Below, piece by piece: positions 14,245-25,800 of a DNA stretch of 64,000 bases (within the stretch, counting starts at the first letter, position 1; every line of letters starts with the position of its first letter). Source of the stretch: Bispira polyomma (taxonomy: Eukaryota); NCBI GenBank assembly GCA_965649765.1, contig OZ287757.1, positions 23,188,001 through 23,252,000 of the forward strand, written 5' to 3'. The position numbers and the translations under genes are program-made. The notes beneath the pieces were generated by a model. The model had not been told where the DNA came from and did not search any database. It saw only the letters and a program-made list of their open reading frames with translations.

Positions 14245-15700
14245 TTACATGGCCAATTTTGTGATTAATTCCACATAAGCTTTGGATAAAAACCAACGTG
14301 ATACACCGTCAGCCTGTTTGTTGTCTACTCCATATATATGTGAATATGATGTATATATGTGAATTTTGGACAGCAATATGATGTATATATGTGAATTTTG
14401 GACAGCAATATGATGTATATATGTGAATATTGGACAGTAATAAGATGTATATATGTTAATATTGGACAGCAATATGATGTATATATGTGAATATTGGACA
14501 GCAATATGATATATATATGTGAATATTAGACAGTAATAAGATGTATATATGTTAATATTGGACAGCAATGTCATATTTAGCTGTCATGGCCCATAGAGTA
14601 CGGACAATGCCATGAGATATGCAACTTCCATTTTCTCAGAATTAGGTACATTAACAACTGCCAAGTTGTCATACCAGACCTGGATTTTCTTGTGTTGAAA
14701 AAAATGAGCCCAAGTTTGTGATGCAATTACAAGAATTTTTAGATGGACGATTGTTAGTCCCTGCACTTTGTGAACTGGATATGGTGCAGTATTTTCGTTT
14801 TCCTCCTATATGGCACCTATGCCAGTGAGCGACACGTCGACATAAAGATGTTGTTGAGGTTGAATGTGATTATAGACAATTTTGCCATTATAATAGACCA
14901 AAAAAAAATAATAAACCATTCCATGTTTTGAAAGAAATTTTTATGCAAGAGGGTTTTCACATGCTTTGGCATTTGCTTCAACATATGGAGAATACGATTG
15001 ACAAATAGCCTCGCACGATAGATGCATTTATGCATGTATATGAGTCTTCCTATCAAGCTTTGTAATTGTGTGCGTGAATCTGCTAAATATTAATTATACC
15101 CATACATATACACAGACACTTGATCTGGATTAATGGGGAGTTAACGTTGTAAAAGCCTTTTGACATCTATTATCCGATTATATCAGCGATGTAATTCCAA
15201 ACGTGGAATCCATGTGACGTCATGACATTTGTTGTTCTTTGAAATAACACACTGCCAACTTAAGACCAAACGTAACGCTAACATCAATATATGTATGGCC
15301 CCCATGTCAGACGCCGATGACGTTATAGTCTTTTAAGTCTAGGCACAGATTGTGAAAGGCTCGACTGACTTCAGCCTTATATAAATGTACATCAGGTCCA
15401 GCCTCTGCAATTCTATTAACTATGTCATTTAATGTGGGAATGATATCATGTAGGAGTATAACTTTGGCCATCATATATGCCATTTTGTATATTAGTATTG
15501 ACTGAATTACCATGAAGCCAATTTAAGTCAACTATTACTCTCCTAGATGTGTTTGGTATAAGTCTAGATAACATGGGTGATAAGTATGTATAACAGTGTC
15601 ATCATCAGGACCAAATATTGCCCTGTGTTTAAGTTCCTTTTCTATATATTTATATCAGCCCAAATTTGGGAATGGTTATAAAATAAGATGAAAATACAAG
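14245..15700 (-). mobile_element. Decayed Ngaro/DIRS RT-RNase H fragment
   Basis: Broken ORFs with PTLNDIV..LYKAEVSRAFHNL, IGRLIYMHKCIYRARLFVNRIL, YDNLAVV, HIYGVDNKQADGVSRW, homologous to pol 33078-35504. Confidence 0.85.
14345..14572. repeat. 32-bp minisatellite, ~7 copies
   Basis: Unit atattggacagcaatatgatgtatatatgtga. Confidence 0.9.
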
Positions 15701-15861
15701 ATGTAGATTGAAATGGCCAGTTTATTCAACTGACAAAGAGTGTATATATTAAACCAAGCATACAAGGTATTTACATTGGATTACATAACACAAGTGACGT
15801 ATATATAGATTATTTATTAACATAAATGTGGTGAGGGACAATAAGGGAAAGAAATTTATAG

Positions 15862-18631
15862 AAACAAAAAAAACAAAAAAAACATAAAGAAATGGTTATA
15901 CAGAAAAGGGTGACATATATGCAGATTTGAGAATGGAGGCTGTGGTTGAAGGGGTTATCTTTTCCACTAGTATTATTTCACAAAAGGGAAGAACAATTCT
16001 TCGTCACTGCCACGAAGTAGCATGGCTAGTCAGCCGCAGAAATGCTATACTTTACTGTATTTCTATTTTCAAACTACTTGCTTATCACAGTCACTCCTCA
16101 CCCCAATGCTGCATTCAGATAACACTCCCTCTACTCTCCTCGGCATTTCCCGCCTTTCTTATATTCTCACTGATAAGTCAGAAGACAAATCCTTCTTACT
16201 CTCCCCAGCACTTTGGCGCCCTTTCTAGGATAAGCTCATTATTAAGTCAGAAATCAAACTAACAACATCAAAAATCTTAAGCTTTCAACAGCCATATTGG
16301 AAATTTTTATACATTATCACTAAAAATCCAATTGCCTTCTTAAGTGTTTATTATTTTACAAAATTACAACAAGTTTCACACAGAGGATAATATTGTGCAT
16401 CTTTTAAGTTAATTTGTGTGGATATTAGTTAAAAATGGGTAGAGGAAAAAAAACTCGTGTACTAGATGTACTAAATGTGAAATCTTTCACACACGACCAG
16501 TAGGAAATCGTTGCAAACGAACCACAGACACAAGAGATGATGATCTTCTCCAGCCTAGCCTTAATAGTGATGATCAAAGCAGTATTTCTGAAGCAAGTGG
16601 CCAAGTTAGCAGTGAAAAATTCTATCATGAGGCATACTCCACACAGCAGAATATGATGGAAACCCTGTTATCTACAGTCTCCAAGCTACAAGAAGACATC
16701 TCAGATCTCAAATTTGGAAAGATGGAGACCAACCGTGTGTCGCCTCATAACGCACCCCGAGATCCTCACACTTCACTAGGACTTCATGACAATCAGAGAG
16801 ATCACACTTCCAGCTCGTTTGCGACACATCCTCTCGCTACAGATTCTCCCTCATGTCACCTCACTAGTTCACAGAGCCGGTATGACCACGAAGCCACTCA
16901 ACGAGCTTTCAAAGATACCATTCTCCCGACTCCCGAAGTGCTGAAGCAGTCATCCCTCATACAGAACGAGGTCTCCCAACGACTAGCGAGATATGAAGCC
17001 TGGGCCACAGATGAGAGCATTCAAGGTAAGCTCACTACCAAGCAAAAATCTGGCCGTTATAATACCTCCGAGTTATGTGTATCTGACCACATGAAGCGGT
17101 GGCCAAATGAGGCCTGCTTATCTGGTATTAACAAAAAGCGTGTCTCTTTTGATGAATTGTCAGTCTCACAGTTCGCTGCTGGCCAGATCCAAAATATTCT
17201 TGAGGTTAAGAATCCTGATATTTCACGAGCCATGCTCTCTCAACTAGCAGACACCCTCAAAGATGCCTCCAACATCTCCTGGGAGATTGCTCGTGGAGCA
17301 TATGCCAGTAATATGCATGATATTGAAGAGGGTCGTTTGAGTTGGATAAATGACACAAAATGAAATATGAATCGGCTTTCTTATTCTCAAGCCCTCATAT
17401 CCAGTACTACCACACCTTTGACCAGTTCGTTTTCTGCTTCATCTTCAAGCAAAAATGAAATGCCTTGCAGGCGTTACCAAAATAATGACTGTCAACACCA
17501 GAAAGATCATGAGGGCAATAACATTACATTTCGACATATCTGTGCCAACTGTTTCCGTCTCAACAAGAAAATGAACCCACATCCCGAGTCGAAATGCTTC
17601 AAGTTACACGGCCGCCCAAATGCGCCCACGAACGCCCCTCAATAGGGACGCGGACTGCCAGCAGACACCACAGCTACTCACCTTAAGTCCACTTCTGATG
17701 TCGTTATTAACCATTGTGTGCTGACAGGAAATTGTGATTCAACCAGTGGTACTAATAAGCAAATTTGTAAGAAAACCAGTTTCAAGAATGATTTCATAAA
17801 TAATTTTAGTTGTCAACTCAATGAGTCAATTACTCAATTGAGTTATAGAGATGCCAGTAAGACATCTCAAGCATTACCTGGCAGTGTTTCCCTTAATGAC
17901 TTATGTTGGCAAGAATTGCCTGTTAAATTGAACGTTATGAACTCTGTTCAGTGTGATAATAATGGTCAAAAACCATCAGCTGTCTTTCATACAGTAGACG
18001 TTTATATTAGCACCAGTATTTTTAAGTCTGATTGTCTAACTTATTGCTATATTGTTTGTCATGATGAGTCATGTATTTCAGGTGTATACAAATGGACTTA
18101 TGGCCTAAATATGTGGTACTTACAACAAACCCCCTATACTCTGGATCACATATGGCCATTATCCTATGTGAACACCACTTGTGCCACAACACTACATCAC
18201 ACTCAACCAAATCAGTCAAAAAACTGTGCAAAACATAATGTGGCACATACACACACAAAAATTGGACAAACTTTCTATTATACAGATAGCATTGACAAGA
18301 TTTGCAAATCAAATTTTCAACACCAGAGCAATTCAGATTGTAACCATCAAGCTCACTTACCCCTTGAGCATCAAATTAATCAAGGTAATGCACTAGTGCA
18401 TAATGACAAGGGTATGAGTCAAAAACCTATATTACTGCATAATGAAACTTCTAGGATTCAAAAACCTATATTAGTGCACCACTGACTCAATGAAACAAAA
18501 CAAAAAAAAAACAAAACATAAAGAAATGGTTATACAGAAAAGGGTGACATATATGCAGATTTGAGAGTGGAGACTGTGGTGGAAGGGGCTATCTTTTCCA
18601 CTAGTATTATTTCACAAAAGGGAAGAACAAT
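15862..18631. repeat. ~135-bp direct repeats (15862-15997 and ~18494-18631) flanking the plus-strand Ngaro copy 2 fragment
   Basis: aaacataaagaaatggttatacagaaaagggtgacatatatgcagatttgag..gggaagaacaat occurs twice with few mismatches. Confidence 0.85.
16436..18485 (+). mobile_element. Ngaro copy 2: disrupted gag (16436-17645) plus in-frame N-terminal part of pol, 3'-truncated
   Basis: QGK..KSGRYN..WPNE..KRVSFDELS..EEGRLSW and Cys/His knuckles (CRRYQNNDC, HICANC..HPESKC) align with gag 31356-32720; premature stop at 17361-17363. Confidence 0.9.
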
Positions 18632-19849
18632 ATAATTATATATATGTGTGTCAGTGAAGAGAAACCCTTGAACTGGCCTACACACAGGTTTTTTAACACA
18701 ATGTTTAATCTCTACCCACAGCTAGGAAATATGAGTGATGGACTAAGCCTTACATACAAAGCTAGACTTCCTTTGGTGATATAAATGTATATTTGATATA
18801 ATCATTATTTATATCACTCCAAATTTAGGAATAGTTATAAAATATCCATGTATTTTGTAACACTTGCTGTTGAGAATTCATGACACTAACTATTAAAGCT
18901 ATGAATGAAAGCATGTTGCTTTTCCTGCTTTGTTACATTTATTTCATTATTGTCTATATGTTGCTGTAAAAGCCTAGAGGTATAAGTACCTCTGCTGGTA
19001 TGTATAAGTACCATGGTTGAATACCCGTTAACATTATTAGGGCTAAGGTTCGAATTGTCCAAGTATGTGTGTACTGAATGAACATGTTGACCCCATTCCT
19101 TATTACTACACATAAGAGTGCAAAATGTATTATAAGGTAACTACCTTTTGTGGCTGAGTGCATCCAGAATATCATGAGTAAAATTTACTATATGTTGAGT
19201 TGATACCACAGTAACCAGCTGTCAGTAACCTAAATAAATAGACACGAGAAAGTTAACTAAATGCTAGATATTGCTTATAACTTTTAATGAATTAAGAAAT
19301 TTAATACTTTTTAATTTTACTAAACATTCCTTTTTTATGTTTGTACAAAATATAGTTTATATGCTATCTGGCAATGTAAATTACGCAGACAGAGTAAATA
19401 GACAACGGAAAAGTCACTGAATGCTAACAATTAAATGCAATTTTAATTAGGATCTTATCATATTTTTTTATATTATGTTCGATTTCATATAAAATCTCAA
19501 GTTTTCAATTTTAATCCAATCTCAAGTTTGGCTAGTTTTGCTGACCTATCAGAAGTTGACGATAGCCTGTCTTAAAATTGGTCAAATCTAAAGTTGGGCT
19601 TGCACTTATATATATATATAATCTTTGTGATGCAGATGGCACTATAATAAATCAATTTCCCCTCTCTCTTTCTTCCTTTATAGTTAGGGGTCCAGTGGAA
19701 CATATGTTAGGATAATAACTTCTTTCTAATACATTGTAAAATTTTAGTACAGCTGAAATTTCTATTTGTAGAGTGGAGAGTTAACTCTGTGAGAGTTAAC
19801 TGTGTATGAATTAACAGCAACAACTACAGTGCTTGCATTCAATACCACA

Positions 19850-22800
19850 ATGGAAGCTGAACATTGTGCACTTGTTTGGTTAGTAATATTAGTTACTACA
19901 GATGTATCTGGATGTTTCAAGCTATCATGTCATCTATGCATCAAATGCCTACCTGGAACAAGCACAGAGGATAAATGTAAGTGACTTTGTAACAGGAATG
20001 AGTATCTGGTAAATCAAGACATCTAAGAGCTATATTAAGTACTGTTAATGTTCCTGCAAAAGTTACAATTTATATTAAATTTAAATTTCAAATGACCAAT
20101 AGTGAAAATTGATTATTGAGTATAATGAAATACTGTATTGCTTTTTTTTTCTTTATGTTAAAATGTCTACTTATGATCTACCCCTCTGTATTGATAACTG
20201 TTGGCACTTATGTATATAGGCTTGATTATATCCTGTATATCTTGTCATCAGTTTTGCGTGTTCAAGTTTACTTTAAATATCTTGTACATGTCTCATTTCT
20301 TTTGTCTAATCAAGTTTCGCTTCAGTTCACAGTCTCTGTTAGAGTTAATAACTGTGAGCTCTTGCACGAATGTCTTAAAGGGTAATTCCAGCATGTCTCT
20401 TTTTAGCTGAGCTAACACCAGGATCTTATAGTACCATATATATGACTAGTGTCCCTTGAGTTTTTAAGTTAATAAACAGCTTAGATACTGTGTAAATAAG
20501 CCTTCAGTTTCCCCCATAAAATTCAAATTCTCCACTTTCTCCTTCGGCTCTTTTTATCAGTCATGTGGTACAAACTCATCAGAGATGTCTCAGGATGTAA
20601 ATAAACAACTAGGGATTTGTACTCTTTACTGTATGTGTATGCATTCTTGTTTTAGTTTGGCAGGGTGTGTGCAGGTTGATAATTAAAAATAAAATATATA
20701 GATAATAAAAAATGGTTCACTGTGTTGTATTTGGTTGTAAAAATAGAAGTAATAACCAAAAACCTGGTCAAAAGGTACATTTATGCGCCTTTACAAGGGA
20801 TGAAGCTGTGAAAGTGATTTGGATTAAATGTTTAAAGAAAGAAAAGTATCAATGGAAAGTAGGGCACAGATTGTGCTCTGATCACTTTGACAGAAGTCAG
20901 TTTGAAGTAGATCCTATAAGAATGGCTGAGTTGGGATATCCAAATGCTAGAACCAAGCTTAAACCTGAAGCATTGCCATCATTCACTTATAAAACTGTCA
21001 GCAAAAAAACTCTCAGTACTTTAATAAAATAATGGAATTAAAAAACTTATAGTTTCTCAGTGAATACCTCTCACAGCAGCGAACACCCCAACAAACATGT
21101 TTAGGCATATTTATTGTTATATTAATTGCCATGGGGTAAAATTGATACAGTATTGTCTTATTTTTCTCTTATATCTTTTGAATTGATTGATTGGGGTTTA
21201 ACGATGCTTTCAGCACATTGTATAGGTAATATCAGTTCATACTAGTTTGTTGGTAAGTATTCTACACTGTAAACCACTTGACATCAGCAAGTAACTGCCA
21301 ACATTCCCACATAAAGTCACGGCCAAGATACAAACCCATGACCTTGGAGGTGGGAGGTGAGTGTGTTAACCACAATGCCAACGAGCCCTCTTGTAAAATA
21401 AGGTTCATAAATATGATTAAATATGATTAAACATGATTAATAAATTCAGAAAAAAAGAACCGTGCCAAATACTGTTTGTATACCATCATATACTACAGCA
21501 TAAAATTAGAATAAAATAAATACAGCATTTCTACTATTAACAGCTTTATTGAAACTTTGGGTTGTTTTTGTTTTTTGGAGATCTTTAGTGAATGAATAGC
21601 ATTTATTGTTGAATAATTTGTCAACACACAAAGTGAATTTTCTTACATGAAAAGTTTTTTTTCCCAGTGTCATGGGCCACAATTGTTAAACTAACACCAA
21701 TTATTGCAACAGTTTGTATTACAACTGTTTGTGTCAAGCTTACAACATATTATTGTTTAAAGTAAGAGCTGTGAATATAGTTCTGGAGTAAATTTTAGCA
21801 TAAGTATGCACACATAGATCTATCTAATGAGGGGGAATAGGATATTTAACTCTGGTGTGTGTTTGCAAAGACTTTCTATGTGCTGTGTAGTGAGAATTAC
21901 AATCTAGTTAAACATCTCTGACGTCACACAGAGACCTACATGTGGAGGCCTGCACTCGGCAAGTTCCGACACTTGTCTTCGTGAGGCCCAAAGTAATTAA
22001 TTTACAGTGCTGATTATATGGGATTGGGATCTTTATTAGAGTGTATGTGTGGAGTTATACTTATGTTTATTATTGTTCTGCCATATACTATTAAAATATA
22101 GAACATTTTTTACGTGCTAAAAATACCCTTTAAGACTAAGGTTTCCTGGTCTATTAAACTAAGAAAATAGATTGGCTAAGCTATTCATTGATTTGCAGTA
22201 ACAAAGATCTCGCTAGTCTTATTGTTCAGAATATTATCCTATAATTATACTTCTATCACCAATAAATCAGGAAAGCAATTTAAATTTTAAAAAGTTAATT
22301 TCAAATTATCAACAGTGAAAATTATTTCTAGAGACTTTCTTAAAAATAGTAGAATAAATAAATTTTCTTCCAGCTAAAATTTTGACTTCCACTGTATATA
22401 TATATATATAACTAAAACTGTGTACTGACCCATGAGAGAGTAATATCATCAGTAAGTGACTATTACAGTACAATGCCACATTTCTGTGTGAGTGTTGTGA
22501 GTTTTAGGCAGCCAAAGCAGTCATTGATACAGTTTATTGGGTATCAATCATTAACCATGAATCAACAATTTTCTATATCGATTTTCCGGGACATGAATTA
22601 TCATCATACATGAAAATTTTTGTTAGGATAATGGTTCATGCTGGGCAGCTGAAAAGATCATACATGGCAAAATGTTACTAAGCATAGCTTGCTGTAATAC
22701 AATCTAGTTTCTACGTGTAAATCGCCTAATTGAACCCCAAGTTCCTTGCTTTATAGTTCATATGGAAGATTATTTTCATAAATACTAAATAGCATTGGTG

Positions 22801-25800
22801 ATAAATGATGTATTTACTTAACACCTTGCAGCGTTGCACACCAAATAGTTACCAAGTGGTTACTTTACAGTTTCAGGTAATCCCTATAACTGTCCCACAC
22901 AGGGGTCACCCGAGTACAGTCTGGTGAGACAACTGCTTTACTTTTATCAAAGTAATAACACACAGCTGCCTTGTCAGGAAGGTGAGTCATACACACCAGT
23001 TTGGTGTATAGGTTGGGGTTATTGTGGGGTTCTCACTATACCGGTATGGAGAAGCTGTAAGAGGCATTAGAAAAATCGTCGTGCTGGAAACCTTAACTTT
23101 AGGTACCTTTTTTAACCTTCTACAGCCGGCCATGAGGCGGAAGTTTTGGACAGTGTTTAAACTTCCACCTGGCAGAAAAAAGAAGGAAAAATGCTTCCGC
23201 TAATTTTTGACAATTTCGGAGTATTAGAATTATAGATATATTAAGTAAACAATTTTGATTCATGGGGATGAACCATTATATGCTTAAAATGTATGGTATT
23301 ATGTATCAAATTGTGAAAGTACACATATCCTCCAAATGTCAAGATGAACAGGTAAATGCCTTGGTAACAATGCCTGAAGGCGAGTTATACCTATCTCCAG
23401 TTATGTTTTAGTGCTGCTCCTGGTGAAGGTGGTGGTGGTTGGGGGGTGGGATATAATTATAGAGGGAGATGTATTACATAATTCAATACATAATGTTACA
23501 ATTTGCCATCAGCCCTGTACATTTCATCATCTATAGTATCTTTCAGGAGGAAACAGAAGTTATGAACATTTACCATGCATCCCCTTTTTATACAAACATA
23601 TATGTACCACTTGGTACATGCGAGAATACAATACAATACATCACATGTTGTACTTATTATCGCAGGATATACCTAACAATACTTGAGGATGGTGCCATTG
23701 TATTCCGTTTGGAAGGCTTGAGTGTTACAACTGATAATGTATCAAAAACAAATAATGTATCAACTAACCCTGTATGCATGCTCCATCTGGAATGTTTGCT
23801 CCTATAGTTTCATATACACCTGTTTTCATGCCCACAATGACCCAATATGCTAGCTAAATGTATTATTAGCTTGATATTGATATCTATGGCAGTTTGTGCA
23901 ATAAATGGCTATGGTATGAGGTCAATGTAAAAAACAACATATGACACCATTGTAGTCATAAGAAATTAATTAACAAATTAATTCCACACAAAGTGTTAGA
24001 TAGAACCGTAGAAAAGTGTGCTGCATTTGTTTAATTCTACAGGAATAAGGACCGTTATAGACTCGATGATGATGGTAAAACATTTCTACGTGATGGAAAA
24101 AGGTCATGGTACCTGAGTCCATTGGAAAAATAGTAAATAAACATTGATAATCTCAAACCTGTATACAACTTAAATAAAAAATATTAATCAAATATAGCAA
24201 TCCAAAGCATAAAGTTCCCCACAAATACCATGTAATTGACAGTACCATAAAGATGCTAAATTTAAGATTGTCTTCGTATAAAGTAGAGTTTAAATTACAA
24301 GAACAAGAACAACAACCAAGTACAAGAAAAATAATGACAAATTTGTTTACTGTTATAAAATCAATTAACCAAAACAATCATCTAATAATATTAGCAGGGC
24401 CTTCACAAACATAACAAATCATAGCAAATAGAATACATTTAGAGAAGAAAAGAAAGTGTACACATTAATATGTACATGTATGAATATCCAGCCCCTTCCC
24501 ACTCAGTGCTCACACACCTTCAAACCATCCTAATTAGCCACCCCTCCCCCCCCCCCAAACACACACCACTTATTCCACCAATCCAGCTACCAACGCAAAA
24601 CTCAAATCAATGCTATATATTAAATAATAGTGTAGATGTGATCAGTTGTTTTCCTTGCAAAAAAAAAAAAAAAACCTTACAAATGCCTTGAAACAAAAAT
24701 CTGGGTTCTTGCCATGGCAAAAGGTCGGAACAGTGAATTTAGCCCATGAACATTGTCTATCAAGTTTTTAGCAATACCAAAAAATACGCAAATATTGGTG
24801 AACATAGGGTCGGTACATTTCCTTTAAAAGGCCCAGAAATGAAAATTCAGATTGTTGTCATGGCAGCAGGGCAGATTTGAGATTCAGGCAAAAACTAATC
24901 CCAAGCAAGGTATAACCAAGACCAGCTCATATATTAAATTATAATTTGACATTCATTAAATATGTAAGCAATATTTTCCTTGATTCACTACCGATACATT
25001 ATTTGTTAATGTGTTGATACATTATTGGCGAGGTGATAATACATTATCAGTCAAGTGTTGTAACGTTATTGGGTTGGTGAATTGATACATTATTGGTCAA
25101 ATATGATACGTTATTGGTTGTTGATACGTTATTGGTCAACTTGTGATACGTTATTGGCGAGGTTGATACATTATTGGTTTTTGATACATTATCAGTTTTA
25201 ACACGAGCTATTAGTAGTTGAATATTTCTTCAGACGGAATCCATTGTAGTACAGACTTAGTCAAAGTGTTCAATAGTGTTTAGTACTAAGCATTCTTCAC
25301 AAAGAGGACTTTCAACTTGTTTCCACAGATATAGATTATAGTCACCTTGTGATAATCTGTGCAGAAAATTTATAGATTATAGTCACAATTTTACTGGAAG
25401 CTCTGTAATGGAGGTTTATTTAAATTCAATTTGGGTGGATTAAAGACTCTCCATGCTATTGATTCTAGGAATGGATCATATTCAATCCATTTATTTGTAG
25501 ATGAGACATTCATAAATATTTAAGTTTGATATTGATGTAGATCCATCTCTGTCTTTGACAAAGTCTTTCCATTTTTTGGTATTGCAATAATCTATAATAT
25601 GTTTTCACCAGTAAGTCTACCTTTAATATCTCCTTCCTTTCTGTAACCACAGGTTAAACAGTTTCGTCAATTTCGATCAGTACTAAATATTAAGATATAC
25701 CTCCAGATTTTCAGTTGACACAAATCGTTAGCCTTTTAGTAACAACAGTGACAAAACATCTTTTTTTGATCTAACGATGTATTTTGTTTTTAAATGATCA

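Larger units (their letters stand above)
20379..22129 (+). mobile_element. Non-autonomous Kolobok-type DNA transposon in intron 1 of copy C
   Basis: TTAA on both sides (20375-20378, 22130-22133); imperfect 18-bp TIRs agggtaattccagcatgt / acgtgctaaaaataccct; carries a THAP ORF. Confidence 0.75.

Noticed and set aside
22832-22870. Upstream exon-2 acceptor making copy C a pseudogene through an in-frame TAG
   Set aside because: A downstream acceptor (22870/22871), conserved in copy A at 4604/4605, keeps the frame open with identical exon length; not fully excluded without RNA data
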